From NCBI RefSeq assembly GCF_009914755.1, contig NC_060933.1: a stretch of DNA of 64,000 nucleotides, one strand, 5' to 3'. The notes under the pieces are model-generated. The model saw only the letters and a list, made by a program, of their open reading frames with translations. It was not told the origin of the DNA and made no database searches. Source of the DNA: the human T2T-CHM13v2.0 reference genome, Homo sapiens. Each line of letters begins with the position of its first letter. Positions within the stretch are counted from its first letter, which is position 1. This document shows, piece by piece, positions 50,396 to 63,783 of this stretch. Both the position numbers and the translations under genes were made by a program.

Positions 50396-50761
50396 TATTA
50401 TTTTATTTATTTATTTATCTTTTTAAGTATACTTTAAATTCTGAGATATATATGCAGATCGTGCAGGTTTGTTACATAGGTATACACGTGCCGTGGTGGT
50501 TTGCTGCACCCATCAACCTGTCATCTACATTAGGTATTTCTCCTAATGCTATCCCTCCCCTAGGCCCCCATCCCCCGACAGGCCCCGGTGTGTGATATTC
50601 CCCTCCCTGTGTCCATGTGTTCTCATTGTTCAACTCATACTTATGAGTGAGAACATGTGCTGTTGGTTTTCTGCTCCTGTGCTAGTTTGCTGAGAATGAT
50701 GGTTTCCAGCTTCATCCATGTCCCTGCAAGGGACATGAACTCATCCTTTTTTATGGCTGCA
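50396..50761 (-). mobile_element. 5'-truncated L1PA7-like 3' end
   Basis: catctacattaggtatttctcctaatgctatccctcccc...gacaggccccggtgtgtga; TSD tcacc(a/t)tcatttt at 50383-50395 and 50762-50774. Confidence 0.92.
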
Positions 50762-51838
50762 TCACCTTCATTTTCAAAAGGTAGTTTTGCTGGATATAAG
50801 ATTCTTGGTTGACAGTTTTTTTATTCTCCACTTTAAAATGCCATCCCACTCCTTTCAGGCTTCCATTATTTCTGATGAGAATGTAGCTGTTAATCTAATA
50901 AATTGAACTGCCCTCTATGGGATGAGTAGTTTTTTTGTTTTTTTGTTTTCTCTTGCTGCTTTCAAGATTTTTCTATTTATATTGTCTTCCAAAATTTTGA
51001 CTATAATGTATCTGCCTATGGATCTCTTTTTGTTGATACTACTGGTAGTTCAATGAGCTTCTTGGATACATAGAATAAGATTTTTCATCAAATTTGGAAA
51101 CTTCCCAGGATTTATTTGTAAATTTTTCTGTCCTTTTCTTTCTCTTCTTATGGTACTTCTGCTACATGTATGTTGGTGTACTTAAATATTCCCCATTTCT
51201 CTACTGCTTTGTTCATTTTTCTTTTTTTCTCTGTGTTCTCCTGATTTCATAATCTTTAATGATTTATCTTCAAGCTCAATGGTTCTTTCTTCTGCTAGCT
51301 CAAATCTACTCTTGAACTCCTATATATATATATATTTTTTTTTTCTTTTCAGCTATTTTACTATATAACTCCTAAATTTCTATTTGGTTCTTTTTAATAC
51401 TTTATCTTTGGTTCTTTTTAATACTTTCTCTTTGCTGATATTCTCTATTTGATGAAACAGTGTCATAGTAACTTCCTTAATTGTTTAAGCATAATTTCCT
51501 TTATTCTTTCAGCGTACTTATAATAGCCAATTGAAGTCTTTGTCTACTAAGCACACTATCTGGAGCCCTTCAAATGCCATTTCTACTTCCTGCTTTTCTT
51601 TTGCCTGCATGGTGTTCACCCTTGCCTGTTTCCTTTCACAGCTCATAAGTTTTTGTTCAAAACAAACTTGCATGGTGTATGGTAGCAACTCTGGATGATG
51701 ATGTCCACCATGAAGTTCTTGCTGTTGTTTGCTTGGTCATTTGTTTATTATTTTAGTGACTTGGCAGAATTAATTCTTCAAAATCTATTTTCCCCATAGT
51801 GTATAGCTTCTGATTTCCTGGCTCAGATATTCCCCTCT

Positions 51839-51865
51839 TGTGTGTGTGTGTGTGTGTGTGTGTGT
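51839..51865. repeat. (TG)13 microsatellite at Alu tail
   Basis: Direct reading. Confidence 0.95.
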
Positions 51866-51866
51866 A

Positions 51867-52162
51867 TTTTTTTTTTTTTTTTGAGATGGAGTCTCTCACT
51901 GTCGCTGAGGCTGGAGTGCAGTGGAGTGATCTTGGCTCACTGCAACCTCTGCCTCCTGGATTCAAGAGATTCTCCTGCCTTAGCATCCTGAGTAGCTGGG
52001 ACTACATGTGCGTGCCACCATGCCCAGCTAATTTTTGTATTTTTGGTGGAGACTGGGTTTCATCATGTTGGACAGGATGGTCTCAATCTCTTGACCTCGT
52101 GATCCACTCACCAAGGCCTCCCAAAGTACTGGGATTACAGGTGTGAGCCACTGCGCTGATCC
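51867..52162 (-). mobile_element. AluSc
   Basis: Sc diagnostic caggatggtctcaatctcttgacctcgtgatcc. Confidence 0.93.
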
Positions 52163-52869
52163 TTGTTTTTATATTTTATTCTAACTACCCAGGAGTGATC
52201 CCTAGGTCTACATAAGCCACTTATTGATCAAGGTTATGCTTAGGCACCCATGTCATTTAGGTTTTCAAACTTTATCATAGACATGTATGTTTATTTATCC
52301 TTGCCCATGTTCAACCTGGGACTAATAGCTTGTAAGTTCCTTCTAGGATTACTCCTGAGAGAGTATAGCATTGGGCATCAACACGGTCTTCCAGACCACC
52401 AAGGGTAATGAAAGTATTATTTTTAAGCCTTCTTCCTATGGGTTGCCCCTGAGTCAGAGTACTTATTATTCAGTCAGTGTGTGGACAGAGGTTGTATTTA
52501 AGCTTCATGTAGTAGTGAGGCTTCAGCTCTATGTTGGTTGGTATGCATGTGGCTTGAAGGTTGTTTGTAAGTCAGCTCTCATCTTGCTTTGATTGTTCCA
52601 GTGGTGGCAGATGTCTCATAATATGGGGTTGGGGTAAGGTGGTGTGTGAATAATGGAGTGAATTATGGTTCAAATGCCAAATTCTTTCTGTTCATACCAA
52701 GATTTAGTCAATTTTTGTAAATGAATGTCTTTACATGTGCAGTTTGTTCTTAGGAAAATTCCCAGACGTTGAATGAGTGGGTTTTTAAAAATTATTTTCA
52801 TATTGTTTTGCTTACTTCATCATTCTGGCAAGAATATTTTAAAAGGTATGTTTAAATATTGTTCATTAA

Positions 52870-53068
52870 AAGATTGATATGTGCCATGGACTATTATTAA
52901 CTATTCTAATCACTGAAAAACTATTATTTTATTTTAAAAATCAAGAAACCAAGGTCAGAGAACTTAAGTAACTTGTTAAAGTTCATACAATCTGAAGGTA
53001 AGAGAATATGGCTTCAAATACATATTTGTTTGACTCCAATGTTTGTGTCCTGATTCCTATACTATATC
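52870..53068 (-). mobile_element. MIR
   Basis: aagaaaccaaggtcagagaacttaagtaacttgttaaagttcatac...tgactcca. Confidence 0.65.
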
Positions 53069-53184
53069 ATTTCATAGCGGTATCACTTATAGCAAAAATT
53101 GGACTAAATCACTTCTAAAGTTCTTGTCAGCATTAATATATAAAGAACGTATTTCAACTTTGCTCCACACATTCTCTGTTGAAC

Positions 53185-53240
53185 ATAAGATAAAATATAC
53201 AAACTATCAAATATAAGATAAAAATACACAAACTATCAAA
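53185..53240. repeat. 28-bp tandem duplication
   Basis: ataagataaaata(t/c)acaaactatcaaa twice. Confidence 0.9.
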
Positions 53241-53739
53241 GGAACCAACACAGAAAACCATTTTTGACAAATTATTAATAGTAAGTAATAAAATCTGGCT
53301 TGAAAATTTTGCTGGGAGAAAATTATAGATGAGATTATTGAGTTCAGGTAACTAATAACTATTTTAAAGATCTGACAATTATACTCACCTCTAAAAATTT
53401 AAAATATATAATTCCCATCTCTTCAATAATCATGCTAGGTAAAGTAAGATATTTTATGAATCTTCTTTTGATTCATAACTCCCCCTTAGGTAACAGCTAT
53501 TCTTTAAAAGGCAAAACTTGTTTAGTAATTTACTTAATTTTAAATAAAATTACTTGACACGCTATATAAAGTTTGAGAGATATTATTGCTGGAAGGCACC
53601 ACAGGAAAGTTCCTCTGGAGTTCATTTAGATTCAGGGAAGACAATCCTGCTTTTCATATGATTTTGAAAATTTCATATCTAATTGGTCAAGATGTTTTTT
53701 CTTAATTGGTTGCATTTTTAAGATTACGTGAAGAATATT

Positions 53740-53990
53740 ATGATAGAATGATAATGTAGTTGCTTTGGAGAAAGACAATCTCAGCTTTTCCAGGTGTTAT
53801 TTATATGACTCAAGGCCATATAATTGAGGTTCATTATTGAACCTCTATGCGTTTCAGCTTTTATGTCTATAAAATATGGAGAATAATATTACCTACTCCA
53901 CTTTTTTGATGTAAGATCAAGGAAATAACATAAATAAAACACTCTGCATAGTGCCTGACATGTATTAGGAACAGACAAACAATAGCAACT
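53740..53990 (+). mobile_element. MIR
   Basis: gctttggagaaagac...aacctctatgcgtttcag...gcatagtgcctgacatgta. Confidence 0.7.
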
Positions 53991-53999
53991 GTGTGATTT

Positions 54000-55010
54000 T
54001 TATGACAGTGGGCTCTGGAGTCCATCAGCCTGTGTTAGAGTTCTGATCTAACCATTTACTAGTTCCCATGACCTCGGAAACTTCACTTTCACCTGCCTTA
54101 CTTTACGCCTTTGTGAAATGAAAAAAATAATGATATTGACTTCAGAGTTATAATGAGGATAAACTGAATGACTATATGTCACACACTTAGTGATACGGAC
54201 AGGAGACAGAAATACTGGGTAGAAAGAAGAGGGTGGTTCCCCAGGGCAAAGCCCCACCTTCAAGCCTGGAAACCCAGGGCCCTAAATGAGAACAGGCATT
54301 CCTGTTTCTGTGCCCAAAAAGTTGCCTTTTGGCCAACCACACCCCCCTATCCTGTACCCATATAAACCCCAGACCCAGGATCCAGAAAGAGAGGAGGAGA
54401 TGAAGAGAGAGCAGAAGAACAGCAGAACAGCACTGCAGAGAGAAGAGAAGGAACGTTTGAATGCTGAGAGGAGTTTGGCTGGGGACCATTAGAGTGAAGA
54501 TTGGCTACTGGACAGCCCAACTCCAGGGGAAGATCATCTTCGCACCCCATTCCCCTTCCAGCTCCTCATCCATCCAGCTGAAAGCCACCTCCACCACTCA
54601 ATAAAACCCCCACATTCATAATTCAAGTCCGTGCATGACCGGATTCTTCCTGGACGTTGGACAAAGACCTGGGTACCAAGAGAGCACTGAGGTGATTAAC
54701 ACATAAGCCATCTGTGGATGACAAAGCTGAAAGAGCACAGTGTAGCACACACCCACTTGGACTTCAGGAGCTGCAGACACCCATCCCTAGACATTACTGT
54801 GGAGCCGGAGCTCAAAGTGCGTGCCCTGGCTCCTGCACCTGCCCGTCTGCATGCTCCCTCTCCCATAAGGGGTTTGAGCATGCAGTGGCCGAACAGAGAG
54901 CAACACCCCTGTTGCACATCCTGTGAGAGGAGCCAGGGAACTCTCCAATCTCATTAAGAAAGTACTTAACATATAGCAATCCCTATAAAACATACTGGCT
55001 ATTGTTATAT
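54000..55010 (+). mobile_element. MIR split by LTR1
   Basis: gggctctggagtcc...ccatttactag...gaggataaactgaatg...acacttag, resuming ttaagaaagtacttaacatatag after 54953. Confidence 0.7.
54191..54953 (+). mobile_element. LTR1-family solo LTR (ERV1, HUERS-P2 type)
   Basis: TG...CA ends, start tgatacggacaggagacagaaatactgggtagaa; TATAAA at 54361, AATAAA at 54600; 4-bp flanks TTAG/TTAA. Confidence 0.85.
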
Positions 55011-55281
55011 TTTTATTGGATGAAGCCCAATTCGATGTCATAATAAAACAATTGCAGATAACTCCAGAAAGTATCCATTAGAAGAAAGCAATCTGATGTG
55101 GGGCTTAACCAGAACCTATAAACACAAAAGAAAACTTTATGTCACTAACGTATTTGCTTTTATTTTGGGAGACAACGAGTCAAAAATTTCCATCCTTCAC
55201 ATGTAATAGTCATTGGCAGGTATCTGCATACCACAGAAGGAACAACTTTCTTTGCAATTTTCACAGAGTAATTAAACATAC

Positions 55282-55406
55282 TTGATTGCTTTTTATGATG
55301 GTGACAGGGTTCTTATTGAGGTCTATGGTGATTTCTTTCCACTGGAGCTCTTTCCAGTAATTTTTGACACTAAATTCTAAACATTTTGATAATATCTCCA
55401 ATGCTA
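55282..55406 (-). other. Candidate 125-nt exon (unverified)
   Basis: Minus strand acceptor cttcttttttgttgttgttgAAG, donor CAA|GTATGT, one open frame of 41 codons. Confidence 0.2.
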
Positions 55407-57854
55407 CTTCAACAACAACAAAAAAGAAGTGTAGACGTTTGGGAACACTAATAAATTACAGACTCTTTGGTTGAATTCAACTTTCCTTGAAGATAGAAAA
55501 ATGTATGTTTAACATAGCCTACATTTGATTTGCACCATGTGTCTTCTGAAAATTAATAAATTATAATGATAAAAAGAATAATCCCTAGATATTTATTTTA
55601 CTAATTTCTGCAAAATAGAAATTTCTAACTAACAACTTCTTAAAAAAGAACTCATGTTCCTCACACACTACTATAAGAAAAAAAAATGACACATCAAAAC
55701 AACTAACCATTGTTACACAATGATTCATTACTAAAACACTGTTTTTGTTATTGAGAGTGGAAGTACACCCAAACATCTTCCATTAGTTCACAAGATTGCT
55801 TTCCGGAATACATTGTTCTTAATAACCTAATATTTTCATAAACTCATCAGATTCTGTTTTCTATGAATAGTATTATATTTGCTTGAGAGATTCCTTAAGG
55901 GTTTGTTGTTGTTGTTCTTGTTCTTAAACTGAATGCAGAAGAAAATTGAGTAATTTTATGAACTCATTAGAACAACATATGTCTAATTATGTTCTTTTTA
56001 AAAAATCTCCCTCCAAACCTTTAGCAGAAGTATAGACTAAATTGGCAAAAATAAAGATGTAAAATACTATAAGATTAACAGTAAATCAAAACAAAAATTG
56101 ATAAAGAATTATATGCAAGTAATTATCTAGCATGTGGTAGTTGTAAATTTTGTATGAATCAACTGTTTTGATGTGTAATTATTCTCAAGAAATCATATTA
56201 TGGTTATAATTGTGAAATGCAGCCTCCTTTTGCCTATTTTTGACTTATATTCTAAAAATATGCAAAAATAATATAATGTCTAATTTCTTATCTTCAGATT
56301 TCAAATCATACCTAACTTTCAAAGCCTTCCATTATATAGTTTGTTTATTACTTCATTCCAAGAGCTTTATTTCTCACTCTCTTGAATGTGACACTCCTGT
56401 TGTCATGTTTCTAACCTTAACATTTCCCACACGCATTAGAATCAGCACTGTGTTCAGATATCTCTTAGCAAAGCCCTCTCCTCTGGAAAATGTTCCTTTT
56501 GTCCTTTACATTGAGAGCCTTTTACATTGTATCTTATGAAACCATCTCTAGCATCCTATTCCCCCATGCCTTCTTCTGAATTAATTTTAAGAATATTTAC
56601 TTTGACTTGGAAATGTACATTTAAACTATATAGAGAATAATGAGTTAGGACTTTTATTTAAGAAACCTCAATTTATGTGCCTACTCCTATAGGTGGTAGG
56701 AACCATAGAAAACTAAATTGCTCATTTATAAGTCAAATTGTCTGAATAAGCTCCATTTGTTCAATCTGAAAATAGCTTATTGGGTTTGTCAAATTTTAAC
56801 CAGCTAACCAAAGAGTTTAATCAGCATTTATAAAAAAAATTATCTCATAATAGTATTTATGTTATTTTTTAAAATAAAGAGAGCACTTCAGAGGAGATAA
56901 GTAATTTGTCCAAGGCCATCAAATATACCGTGGAAGGTCCTACAAAATGCAAAGTACTCACAAAAGTTTTAAATTTGTGAGTAGATGACCAACAATGAGT
57001 AACAGACTCTAAGAATGAGTACGTGAAAAGAGTTGAGTGTCCTGATAAAATAAAGCTCACAACCAAATTAATCTGATGCTTATATAATGATATGCATAAT
57101 CATTATTGTGTTGCAAAGTGATTAGTCATAATTGCTAAAAGGGCTCACATAAATTACTATAATTAGTATTGTACTTACACTGTCAAGCTAAGTAGTTCTA
57201 GGATTAGCTAGAGATAAAGAAAAGGGAAAGCAGCTAGAATAAATGGGAAGCTCTTCTAATGCCCTGTTGGAGAAACCAAATTTAGGAGGTACATAGAGAT
57301 CATTTAGCCCAATTCTCTTTTTACTCACAGACAAACTGAAGGATAAAAAATGGTGGGACCTGGCTTCAAAGAGCAATATTTTGTTATGTTTCTGGCATTG
57401 ATTCCTTCGCACTAGAATCTGTAGAACTAGAACTGCCTGTCTTATCAAGAGAGGAAATGGCAGTTATGAAAGCTGAGAGTAGAAGAATTTCATTTTTCAT
57501 TTGCTTTCTAAGAACAACACCCCAGTCCCATATTCTGCAGATGTAGGAATCATGTGGCGTAAGCCAAGATTCTATTTTCCTCTCAGGGAGTCCTAAGCCA
57601 AACTTTGGTGGAAAGAGAAACACCCAACCTAGAATAAGGGAAGGAAAGGAGGAAACTGCTATGAAAATACATTATCTGTCTGCTGTGGTTCCTAATCCTT
57701 CCAGCTGGGAGTGGCTCTGAAGAAGGCTCTGGGCCCTCAGAGATCCTCAGTCTGCAAATCTTCAGAACTGCTTTACCACTTGCCAACCTGATCATTTTTC
57801 CTATTGTGTAATTTTACCAACTGGAAGAGCAATAATTTATACTTGAAAAAAATT

Positions 57855-58045
57855 AACAGATTTGGAGTCAGATATATTTGTGTCTAACTGTTTATATACT
57901 CTTGGGGAACTCAGCCCCTTTGAGCCTCAGTTTCTTCATCTGTTATGTGGAGAAAATCATTTTACCGCATATAACTCTTGTTTGAATTAAATAAGATCAT
58001 GTACAACAAGTTTAGTTATAGTAATAGTATTTGGCACATACTTTG
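57855..58045 (+). mobile_element. MIR
   Basis: tttggagtcaga...tgagcctcagtttcttcatctgt...tttggcacata. Confidence 0.75.
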
Positions 58046-58214
58046 TGGAAGGCGGTCTGCCACGGACCTTTTGAGCTCCTAGATGTCTTGCTGAGTGTGC
58101 CAAAATCACAAGGCTATGGCCATTCTTTTGACCAAAAATTAAAATAATGCATTGTGATAATGTATCATGTAGTCTAGGAATGCATTTAGTATTGCTCAGG
58201 ACAAAGAGGTTGAG

Positions 58215-58543
58215 GGCCAGGGATGGTGGCTCATGCCTGTAATTCCAGAAATTTGGGAGGACCAGGTAGGAGATTCGCTTGAGAACAGGAGTTTGAGACC
58301 AACCTGGGCAATATAGTGAGATCCAATCTCTACAAAAATAAAAAATATATACATATATAAAAATGTTAGCTGGATATGGTAGCATGGTGGCATGTGCCTG
58401 TAGTCCCAGCTAGTCTGGAGGCTGAGATCAGAGGATCATTTCAGCCCAGGAGTTCAAGGCTGCAGTAAGCTATGATTATGTCACTGCACTCCAATCTGGG
58501 TAACGAAGCAAGATCCAGTCAAAAAAAAAAAAAAAAAAAAAAA
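58215..58543 (+). mobile_element. AluJ (Jo/Jr-like)
   Basis: J diagnostics gcttgag, aggctgcagtaagctatgat; expanded AT-rich linker; long A tail. Confidence 0.92.
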
Positions 58544-58689
58544 AGGGAAGAATTTGATTCACTGCTTGCTTTTAGGAGAGGTTTCTTAAATGAACCAGAA
58601 CCAGCATGTCCTTGCCTCAGAGACTTAATATGTCAATTGCCCAGCTAGGTTTGCATTGAAACTACAGATATATTTCAAGAGAAACTGCA

Positions 58690-58985
58690 TTTTAATATTT
58701 AGTCATCTGACCCATGAACATGGCCCATATTAACATGACACACCTATCACTCCATTATTTTAAGTCTTTTTAATATCTCTTGGCATATTATTTAGTTTTC
58801 AGTGAACAAACATTGCACAACATTTGTTAGACTTGTCCCTAAATATTTCATATATGTGATGCTACTCTAAACAATAATTATTTTAAATTCACTACTATAC
58901 TAGTGTTTTGTTTATTTTATTGTATACTCATTTGTTTATCTATTTTATTGTATACTAGTTTATTACTAGTGTACAAAACAAGTTA
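58690..58985 (-). mobile_element. L1M ORF2 fragment
   Basis: cccatgaacatgg...tttagttttcagtgaaca...tttgttagacttgtccctaaatatttcat. Confidence 0.55.
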
Positions 58986-58989
58986 TGGA

Positions 58990-59200
58990 TTCCCTAACTC
59001 AGGTTCCTTATTTTCTAGCAAAGATTTTATCGTATGTATTGGCTCCACCTGGCTATCACATCACTGTGCACAATTTGGGGACTGGGGAATCCATACACCC
59101 ATGACGATATTCTTGCTACTGTTTTGCCATGAATAATAATGTCCTTTGCCTCTGACTCAAGAGTCTCATTTCCTTTGTTACCATCCATGGAATGTAATAG
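58990..59200 (+). mobile_element. ERVL LTR fragment (MER73/MER74-like)
   Basis: ggggactggggaa...aataataatgtcctttgcctctgactcaagagtctca...ccatccatgga. Confidence 0.4.
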
Positions 59201-60064
59201 CTTTCGTCCACACCTTCAAACATTTAAATAGAGTAAAAACCATATTATAATTTATATTCAAGAAAGAATAGTCCAATTAATGCACGTTGGAGTATTTAGT
59301 AAAGTGGCCAGATATACTTAATAAAATCCCATAATAAGTCTTAAGACATGTATTGTTCAATACATTTTTAAAATAATAATATTGAGACTCGGGTTTGAAC
59401 AACCTGGAAACATTGTGTAAGTATTGGGCTCCTGGTGGCATCAGGAGGTAGTAAAATGGCAGGAGTAACAAATACAGGTAGAATTACCCTATGAATGACC
59501 TTTCTTGGTGATTTTGCCAAAGCCAGCTGTGGCCCTTATCTTAGATACCATGCACTGTTAATTTCCAATCAAGGAGAATAGCCGGAGAGATATAACTCTG
59601 TAGTTATTCATTTAGAAACCAGAAGATATATGAAGACAGATGTGCTGTGAGTAGAGAACATTTGATGACACATGATTGTCCATGCCACAAATTAAAAGGA
59701 AATACACAAATAGGCACACAATCTATGCTATATTGTACATGTTTCTAAATATTGGCATAAATTTTCCACAGAAGAAATTTGGTATCAAAACTCTGTGAAA
59801 TACTCTGTGTGAAATATCTCAATTATATTTCAAAAGTCCTAGGCTATGTTCAAAAGTGAGTATTTCAATAGTCTTTTCTCCATATTCACCAAGTTCACTA
59901 TAGTAGATTCATGAGGCTCAGAGAAGTTTGGAAACATTTTAGTCCGGCTCCCAACTCTGCATAGATCTTAACCCTCCTCATCTTAAACATAAAGCACCAA
60001 AGATTGTTTGGGCTTTATACAGAAAAAAAGTGATGACACAGGAGTGTGACAGCCTAATTAATTT

Positions 60065-60215
60065 TGCCTCCTGGCTCTCCCATTTTCTGCCTCTGGGGCC
60101 AAGGTCAGCTATTTGACCTCTATGGACCTCCTTTTTATAATATATAATATGGAGATGATAATACTTTTTGAAAAAGGTAACTGTGTCTGGCATACAGTAG
60201 GTACCCAGCGAATGG
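60065..60215 (+). mobile_element. MIR
   Basis: cctggctctccca...tttgacctct...tgtctggcatacagtagg. Confidence 0.55.
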
Positions 60216-60974
60216 GACACATCATCACTTCCAGGCCACATAGCACTTCAGTACAAAAGACAGGCTGTCACCTGGAGATTTTTGATTTTTTTATGGTATT
60301 ATCAGCCAGAAAGCTTTTTCATTCTGTGGCTTAAAGGAAGATTACTCACACAAAATCCCAGGTGCATATTTTGGAAGGAGTGTAGGAAAATCCTCACAGG
60401 TCTACACTTATACTCCAGGAGTGAGTGACCGCAGAAGAAACCACCCTAGGGGGCAATGTGTCCTTGATCTAGAGCTGCAGTTTTGCCTAACACCTCAATG
60501 CTTCTCCAAAATCTTCCTTTGATTTGAAATAGGGTGGTTTCTTTTTTCTTATATTTTAAAAATCTTCTTACAGAAAAGTATTTCGTTCATTCAACTCTGA
60601 CCTCCTCACTGAGAAAAGGACAATCCTAATATAAGGCTGCAAATTGTGAAGGTCCAATCAAGGAAGCAAATTAGCTACTCTCTTCAGAGTTAGTCCTCAA
60701 AGAAAGATTGTATCCTAAATCAGAGCAGTTAATACCTTCCACGGCAATTAAGCCTGAGCTGCTTACAACTCTAAGAAGAAGCCATAATATATCTGAGGAT
60801 AGAGGGGTCATGAGGGGAAGCTTTTAATTTCTGGCTCTTTGTATTTAATTAACCCGAAACAAGAAAGTAAATATGGTGTCAAGAATGGGAAAGGAGAGAG
60901 CATTTGGAAAAGTAACTAAGGGATACTGGAGGGAGATTATCTTAAAGTTTAGAAATGCTTGTTGTTATATAAGA

Positions 60975-61140
60975 GAGAGCTGTGTCACTGAACTTGGCAA
61001 GTAACTCAGCCTCTCTATGCCCTGGCATATACAGAGCCAAGTGAGGAAAAGAATACTCCATGGAGGTGTCATCTGGGTTAAAAGAAAACGTATGTAAAGC
61101 ACCTAGCACTTAATAAATATCCAGTAAATGGAAAATTAGT
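60975..61140 (+). mobile_element. MIR
   Basis: gctgtgt...ggcaagtaactcagcctctctatgcc...tatgtaaagcacctagcac. Confidence 0.65.
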
Positions 61141-61240
61141 ATTACTTGAGAGGAATGTTTTGCATTACAATAATTTCTAACTTTTGCATGAATTTTGATT
61201 TTTTTCCACTTTAATTTTTATTAAATTATTAAATGAGAAT

Positions 61241-61249
61241 ACACACACA

Positions 61250-61285
<36 letters not shown>
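61241..61285. repeat. (AC)5AA(AC)16 microsatellite
   Basis: Direct reading. Confidence 0.97.
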
Positions 61286-61287
<2 letters not shown>

Positions 61288-61384
61288 GTTAATAAAATGC
61301 CCTCAATTAAAGCTAGGTATCTACATTTCCTTCAGCATATTTCCCAAGTATACTAACAGACTATCCGTAAGAAAGTGGAACAAC

Positions 61385-61600
61385 TATTTACTATGTACTG
61401 TGTACTATTTTATTAAACATTACTATATACAAGATTCTTCTTCCATTTAATTCTCACCTTCTTCCAGGGGGATATTATTGACATTTTACAAATAAAGAAG
61501 TTGATGTTCATCTGGATAAATATCTTGCCAAAAGTCACTCATGTGGTGTTAGAGATCAAGATTGTAACGCATATGTGTCTGATGCTAAAATTCTAGCTTT
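61385..61600 (-). mobile_element. MIR
   Basis: catttaattctcac...cattttacaaataaagaagttgatgttca...cttgccaaaagtcac. Confidence 0.6.
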
Positions 61601-61636
61601 TCTGAGGACAGAAATAATTCCACAGTTGATACAGAA

Positions 61637-61816
61637 CAGTGTTTCCCAAACTTCCATGAATGGGAGAAATCCCAGAAGATACTTGTTAGAAATATAATTT
61701 CTGAAGTCTCATTCAAATCCAAATCTACAGGAAAGGGCCCTAGAGAAGCTCAATGTTTAATAAACATACCAAGTGATTGTCATGATTATCATTGCAAAGT
61801 TTGGAAAACAACATTG
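61637..61816. mobile_element. MER5-family (hAT-Charlie) MITE
   Basis: TIRs cagtgtttcccaaactt / aagtttggaaaacaacattg; internal cttgttagaaatata. Confidence 0.7.
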
Positions 61817-61833
61817 CAGAACACAGAGACTAG

Positions 61834-62165
<332 letters not shown>

Positions 62166-62524
62166 TTATCTGTTTATTTCTAATAAACAGTTGTTTCAGT
62201 ACAAACAGAATTGCTTTGATAGAAACAGATTCTATAATATTAAATTACATTAATAATTAATGGCACATATGAAATTAATTCTGATTTTAAGAAAAATGGC
62301 AATATGCCATTGGAAATACCCATAGACTCTCAATAAGAAAATAAATACTGTAAAATACTTAAAGCAAATAATACAGCTAAGTCAAACCGACTTTTATACT
62401 TTTTATTAGAATAAATTACAAAATGTTAAATGCCATACTCGTGTTTAAATATGCTGATTTCTTAAAGTACAAATAAAACAAATTATTAATTAGGACACAG
62501 AATGGAATTACACAAGCAACAAAG

Positions 62525-62712
62525 ACTGCAGGACCAGAAGAAACAAACTGAGCCAAAGCTTTTCTATTTACTAGCTCTGCGGCCTTGAGCAAACTACTTA
62601 ACCTCTCTGGGTCTTAGTGGCTCCATCTAAATAATACATGGAATAACATTTTCCTCACAGGATTAATGTATAAATTAAAAGAAACAAAATGTGACACTTT
62701 ATAAATGACCTC
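62525..62712 (+). mobile_element. MIR
   Basis: tttactagctctgcggccttgagcaaactacttaacctctctgggtcttag. Confidence 0.75.
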
Positions 62713-63377
62713 TAATATCAAGTTGTAAAAATGACTGGCTTTTACAATTATGTTTGTATAAGTTGGCTGCTCCTTCTCTGCCAAGGCTATGTGCATAAAT
62801 ACTTTTAATTCTCTGCCAAGACTAAGAGAGGGACATTTTATAGGAAGGAAGAAATGATGCTATTTCACTGGAGATGTCATCATGGCTTCCGAGTGAGTTG
62901 TTAAACTACAGTCTCTCCTGTTGTATTATCAGCTACTTAGTAGAAGTTTAAGATCTACAGATCGTTTTCAACAGAAGAAAACGGAGAAGGACATCATCCT
63001 AATGTTCTTAAATGTTTGCTCCGTGTCTGCAGTAAAGGTCTATTGCTCACAGCTATGTCCGATCACAGCTATGTCTGATCATTTGCACTGGTGGAGATAA
63101 TAGCAACCTCATAGACTTTGACAATCATCTTCTAAGTCAGTTATTTAAATACGGCTTTGAAATGTCTTGATTATCAGGAGTATAAAAGGCAAATTTAATT
63201 CTAATATATTTGTAATAAGAATGGGAGCAAGAACCATAATCTCAATAATTACAATATTGGGTATAATAGGTATAACTTTTTAAGACTGTAACTCATTTGG
63301 AGATGTGAGATGATCCTGAAATCACCTGATCCATTCTACAATTAGAATATAAAAAACTACTTGTCAAAACATCTTGG

Positions 63378-63783
63378 AAATTGCCCAAGACCTTTAGAGT
63401 TTACCCTTTGTATCAGCATGCCCTGGATGTGAGATGTGGAGTGAAAGGAGATTATTTTGGAGCTGTAAGATTTAATGACTGCCTCACTGGATTTCAGACT
63501 AGCATGGGGCCTGTAGTCCCTTTGTTTTGGCCAATTTCTCCCATTTGGAGCTGGAACATTAACCCAATGCCTGTACCCTCAATGTGTCTTGTAAGTAATT
63601 AACCTGCTTTTGATTTTACAGGCTCATAGGCAAAAGGGACTTGCCTTGTCTCAGCTGAGATTTTGGACTTAGATTTTTTGGTTGATGTTAGAATGAGTTA
63701 AGACTTTGGGGAACTGTTGGAAATGCATGATTGGTTTTGAAATGTAAAAAGGACATGATATTGGGGAGAGAAATGGGGCAGAA
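63378..63783 (+). mobile_element. THE1/MST-type MaLR internal sequence, 3' portion with polypurine tract
   Basis: ggatgtgagatgtggagtgaaaggagattattttggagc...ttttacaggctcataggc...ggggagagaaatggggcagaa abutting the LTR. Confidence 0.88.

Larger units (their letters stand above)
46870..52800 (-). mobile_element. Old L1M host element (fragmented; ORF2 to ORF1/5' region) carrying L1MA, L1PA7 and AluSc insertions
   Basis: T-rich reverse L1 motifs: gtaagttttgaaatcag, tttaggagtgtgttgtttaatttc, agttttgctggatataagattcttggttgacag, tcttgctgctttcaagattttt. Confidence 0.7.

Noticed and set aside
54048-55041. Nine overlapping ORFs
   Set aside because: All overlap the LTR1 solo LTR and its flanking MIR; non-coding
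63047-63078. Short tandem duplications (16 bp here; also about 12613-12639, 49957-49983 and 51383-51427)
   Set aside because: Ordinary slippage duplications with no sign of function
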